Below, one piece after another: positions 61,178 to 64,000 of a DNA stretch of 64,000 nt. Made by a program: the position numbers and the translations under genes. Position 1 is the first letter of the stretch. Every line of letters begins with the position of its first letter. This DNA is from Chloroflexota bacterium (GTDB taxonomy: Bacteria; Chloroflexota; UBA11872; VXOZ01), in NCBI GenBank assembly GCA_963663275.1, contig OY760183.1:1888001-1952000 (forward strand), in the 5' to 3' direction. The notes under the pieces were generated by a model. The model was not told the DNA's origin. It searched no databases and was given only the letters and a program-made list of their open reading frames with translations.

Positions 61178-62227
61178 ATGGGTTCAAAGGTGCGGGTCGG
61201 GGTCATCGGCGCCGGCGGCATAGCGCGCGGCGCCCACCTGCCGGGATACGCGAAGATTCCCGATGAAGCGGCGGTGGTTGCCATCAGCGACGTGGACGTG
61301 CCCCGCGCGCAGGCGGTGGCGGATGAGTTTGGCGTTCCCAGCGTCTATGCCGACTTCAACGAGATGGTCGCAAAGGAAGACCTGGACCTGGTGAGCGTCT
61401 GTACGCCGCCGTTCATGCACTGCGGCGCGACGGTGGCCGCGCTCAACGCGGGGGCGAACGTCATCTGCGAGAAGCCCATGGCCATGAACGCCGCCGAGTG
61501 CGAGGAGATGATTGCCGCCGCGCGGCAGAACGACAAGATGCTGACCATCGGCTTCCAGTCGCGCTTTGGCGAACGGGCGCAGTTCCTCAAGCGCCTGATC
61601 GAGCAGGGCGAACTCGGCGAAATCTACTATGCCCGCGTGCTGGCGCTGCGGCGGCGCGGCATTCCGTGGTGGGGCGTGTTCGTGGAAAAGGACAAGAACG
61701 GCGGCGGCCCGCTGATCGACATCGGCGTGCACACGCTCGACCTGACGCTGTGGCTGATGGGACATCCCACGCCCACGGCGGTGACCGGCGCGGTCTTTAC
61801 CAAACTGGCCAAGCGTCCCGGCCTGTTTACCCGGGGCCGGGAGGCGGACCAGGAACGGTACACGGTGGAAGACTTCGCCACGGCGCAAATCCGCTTCGAC
61901 ACCGGCGCGGTCATCAACCTGGAAACCAGTTGGGCGCTGAACATCGAGAATGAAGTGAACGCCTATCTCTGCGGCACCGAGGGCGGCGCGACGTTACGCC
62001 CGCTCAAAATCCACAAGGAAGTGCCCCATGCCGGATTGCTCGATTACACCCCCGCGCATGAAGAAGGCCGGGAACATAATCACGAAGGCCAGTTCGCCCA
62101 GGTGGTGAAGAATGTGAAGGAGGGCACGCCGCCGCTGGTAAAAGCGGAAGAGGCGCTGACGGTGCAACGCATCGTGGACGCGATCTACGAGTCGGGCGAG
62201 ACCGGGCAGATGGTGAACTTGGCGTAG
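61178..62227 (+). CDS. Gfo/Idh/MocA family oxidoreductase
   Basis: GVIGAGGIA, CEKPMA, GGGPLIDIGVHTLD. Confidence 0.88.
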   Translation: MGSKVRVGVIGAGGIARGAHLPGYAKIPDEAAVVAISDVDVPRAQAVADEFGVPSVYADFNEMVAKEDLDLVSVCTPPFMHCGATVAALNAGANVICEKPMAMNAAECEEMIAAARQNDKMLTIGFQSRFGERAQFLKRLIEQGELGEIYYARVLALRRRGIPWWGVFVEKDKNGGGPLIDIGVHTLDLTLWLMGHPTPTAVTGAVFTKLAKRPGLFTRGREADQERYTVEDFATAQIRFDTGAVINLETSWALNIENEVNAYLCGTEGGATLRPLKIHKEVPHAGLLDYTPAHEEGREHNHEGQFAQVVKNVKEGTPPLVKAEEALTVQRIVDAIYESGETGQMVNLA

Positions 62228-62370
62228 CGCCGCTGTGCGGGCGGGGCGGAAATTCCCCCTCACCCTAACCCTCTCCCCAGGGAGAGGGGATGCAAATGCC
62301 TGCGCCAGGACCGTTCGGTAGCGCGAATTCAGAGGTAATCAATGCGTAGCGCGAAGAGGAAAATAACCGC

Positions 62371-63222
62371 ATGGCGCGTTTGAAAGTGGTCGTGACCGGC
62401 GCCGCGGGCTACGTGGCTTCCCAACTGCTGCCCGCCTTTCGCGAACGGTACGACGTGGTACTGCTCGATACGCGAGACAAGACCCGCGACGGCGCGTTGG
62501 TCGAGGGCGTCACCCTCACCGACCTCCGCGATCCGGACCGCGAGACCTATCGCCGCTTCTTCACGGGGGCGGACGCCGTCGTGCACCTCGCATTCAACTA
62601 CAAGCAGGGGCATTCGATGAACGATGGCGACTACTACTCGGAGCGGTCCAATCTCGACCTGGCTTACCACGTCTACCAGACCGCTCGGGAGGAAGGCGCG
62701 GGGCGGGTGGTGGTCGCCAGTTCGAACCACGCCGCCGACTGGTACGAACACCTGCTGCGGCAGCGCAAACTGGAGATGCTGGACGAAACCGCGCCGCCCC
62801 TATCGGACAATTACTACGGCTGGGCGAAAGCCTGCTACGAGCACCTGGGATTTCTCTTTGCCACCGGCGCGATGGGCCGCCCACTGGAGATCGTGCAGGT
62901 GCGCATCGGCGCGCCGCGTTCGATACCGGCGGCCAACGCGGCGGATAACCTGACAGGCTACAAGCGCAACCTAGGCGCGTACGTCAGCCCCCGCGACCTG
63001 CAGCAACTCTTCGTGAAGTCAATCGAGACGCCGGACATTCGCAATGAGCACGGCGTCCCGTTCCAGATCTTCTACGGCGTCTCCAACAACGCGCGCGCGT
63101 TCTGGAGCATTGCCAACGCGCGCAAGGTCATCGGCTACGCGCCGCAAGACGATTCGGAAGTCGCCTTTGCCGACGACATCCGGCGGGTGCTGGTCGCACA
63201 AGAGAGCGGCGGCAGGCTCTAG
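62371..63222 (+). CDS. NAD-dependent epimerase/dehydratase (uronate dehydrogenase-like extended SDR)
   Basis: VTGAAGYVA, ASSNHA, YGWAK, YGVSNN...W....A...IGYAPQD. Confidence 0.8.
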   Translation: MARLKVVVTGAAGYVASQLLPAFRERYDVVLLDTRDKTRDGALVEGVTLTDLRDPDRETYRRFFTGADAVVHLAFNYKQGHSMNDGDYYSERSNLDLAYHVYQTAREEGAGRVVVASSNHAADWYEHLLRQRKLEMLDETAPPLSDNYYGWAKACYEHLGFLFATGAMGRPLEIVQVRIGAPRSIPAANAADNLTGYKRNLGAYVSPRDLQQLFVKSIETPDIRNEHGVPFQIFYGVSNNARAFWSIANARKVIGYAPQDDSEVAFADDIRRVLVAQESGGRL

Positions 63223-63283
63223 GAAAACCAATCAGACCCAGATGGGTAACAAACGCTATGAAAAGCTGTGCGCGTCGAGCAAA

Positions 63284-63313
63284 TTGACTCAGGGCAAAGG
63301 AGAGGGATAGAAT
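63284..63313 (+). promoter_or_regulatory. Sigma70 promoter of the GTC-anticodon tRNA
   Basis: TTGACT-18 nt-TAGAAT, 9 nt upstream of the tRNA. Confidence 0.65.
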
Positions 63314-63322
63314 TAAGAAGGT

Positions 63323-63397
63323 ACCCCGGTAGCTCAATGCAGGTAGAGCGCTGGACTGTCGATCCAGTGGTTGCGGGTTCGAGGCCCGCCCGGGGTG
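63323..63397 (+). tRNA. tRNA with GTC (Asp) anticodon, atypical body
   Basis: Full cloverleaf: ACCCCGG/CCGGGGT, D-stem GCTC/GAGC, CTGGA-CTGTCGA-TCCAG, GCGGG-TTCGAGG-CCCGC, G73; no encoded CCA. Confidence 0.85.
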
Positions 63398-63413
63398 CCC
63401 TTCTTATGCGCTA

Positions 63414-63442
63414 ATTATCACATTTGCCGAGAATGGTGTCAA
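63414..63442 (-). promoter_or_regulatory. Near-consensus sigma70 promoter facing antisense into the tRNA
   Basis: Minus strand TTGACA-17 nt-GATAAT with extended -10 TG. Confidence 0.5.
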
Positions 63443-63814
63443 GGAGATTTAGGCACTTCTTGGTAAATCCCATCTCTGCCTAATTCTGTTGCTCGTTAGG
63501 GAAGTTGCCACAGTAGAGTTAGCGTGGCTTGATTTCTTGTATCCCTGTGCAATTAGCCCACTAGCGTTGGGATTGCTACTCGCTGCGTGTTGCGCTGTGG
63601 CCTATAACAAGATTTCAAGCTAGTGCTCCTACGGGTCTGCACTGCCGCAACCAAGCTGTCTTTCGCGGCAAAAGCCGTCAACACAATTTATCGACACGTT
63701 CACGCCTACTCATAGACAATTCCTTCGAATATAGCTAGAGGGAACGAAACTGCCGGCCGCTGTCACTGAAGACACGCAGCCGGCAATTCTCGATTACTGT
63801 TTTCAGAACCTATT

Positions 63815-64000
63815 CTACGCGCCGACCAACTCCCGCAGGCCGATCTTCGCCACTGCCGCGTGGACGGCGGCTTTGTCGTCGGGGGACAGTTCGGCCAGGG
63901 GCGGGCGCACCGGGCCGCCGGCCAGGCCGATAGCCATCATCACCTCTTTCATCACGGTGACCTCGTAGCCGCGCACCTTGTAGCGGATGTCGTAGATCGG
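63815..64000 (-). CDS. Dihydrodipicolinate synthase (DapA/KdgD-like) family, 3' end only
   Basis: Manual translation: ...RGYEVTVMKEVMMAIGLAGGPVRPPLAELS...LVGA-stop. Confidence 0.7.
   Translation of the reverse strand, partial: PIYDIRYKVRGYEVTVMKEVMMAIGLAGGPVRPPLAELSPDDKAAVHAAVAKIGLRELVGA

Noticed and set aside
63489-63623. Small hydrophobic ORF (type I toxin-like) downstream of the atypical tRNA
   Set aside because: Only a TTG start without a properly spaced RBS and atypical codon usage; unsupported without homology or expression data.

Overview
GC-rich bacterial chromosomal segment, most likely from a Chloroflexota lineage. This is inferred from the DUF2298/YYY glycosyltransferase, the alpha2-type GlyRS and the type-2 IleRS; taxonomy is not proven. 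The backbone is housekeeping and metabolic: a form-II coxSLM/coxG molybdoenzyme cluster, a surface-glycosylation cluster, M16 peptidase, Mrp/ApbC, tRNA-Gln-glmU, CNNM/CorC, recO-glyQS, ileS, miaB, argS, tRNA-Glu-valS, sugar-acid and amino-sugar catabolism genes and an atypical tRNA with a GTC anticodon. Interspersed are solitary, visibly less GC-rich accessory genes (NucS/DUF4268-like nucleases, a DUF262+HEPN pair, a toxin-deleted TA locus) and a dense set of REP-like palindromes. The main finding is a DUSP23-like phosphatase-fold gene (31676-32137, minus). Its catalytic Cys codon is an in-frame TGA followed by a hairpin and a clean C-terminal half, and the phosphate-binding Arg and general-acid loop are lost, making it a candidate new selenoprotein family. 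Other notable signals: an Asn-like tRNA body with an Asp anticodon between convergent promoters, a GlmU with a degenerate uridylyltransferase domain, a GVHH-type IleRS2, a three-copy composite MITE/REPIN, REP-seeded tandem arrays that drift along their length, and palindromes inserted in frame within genes. No CRISPR array, integrase or transposase is visible. All family assignments come from motif recognition by eye, not database searches.
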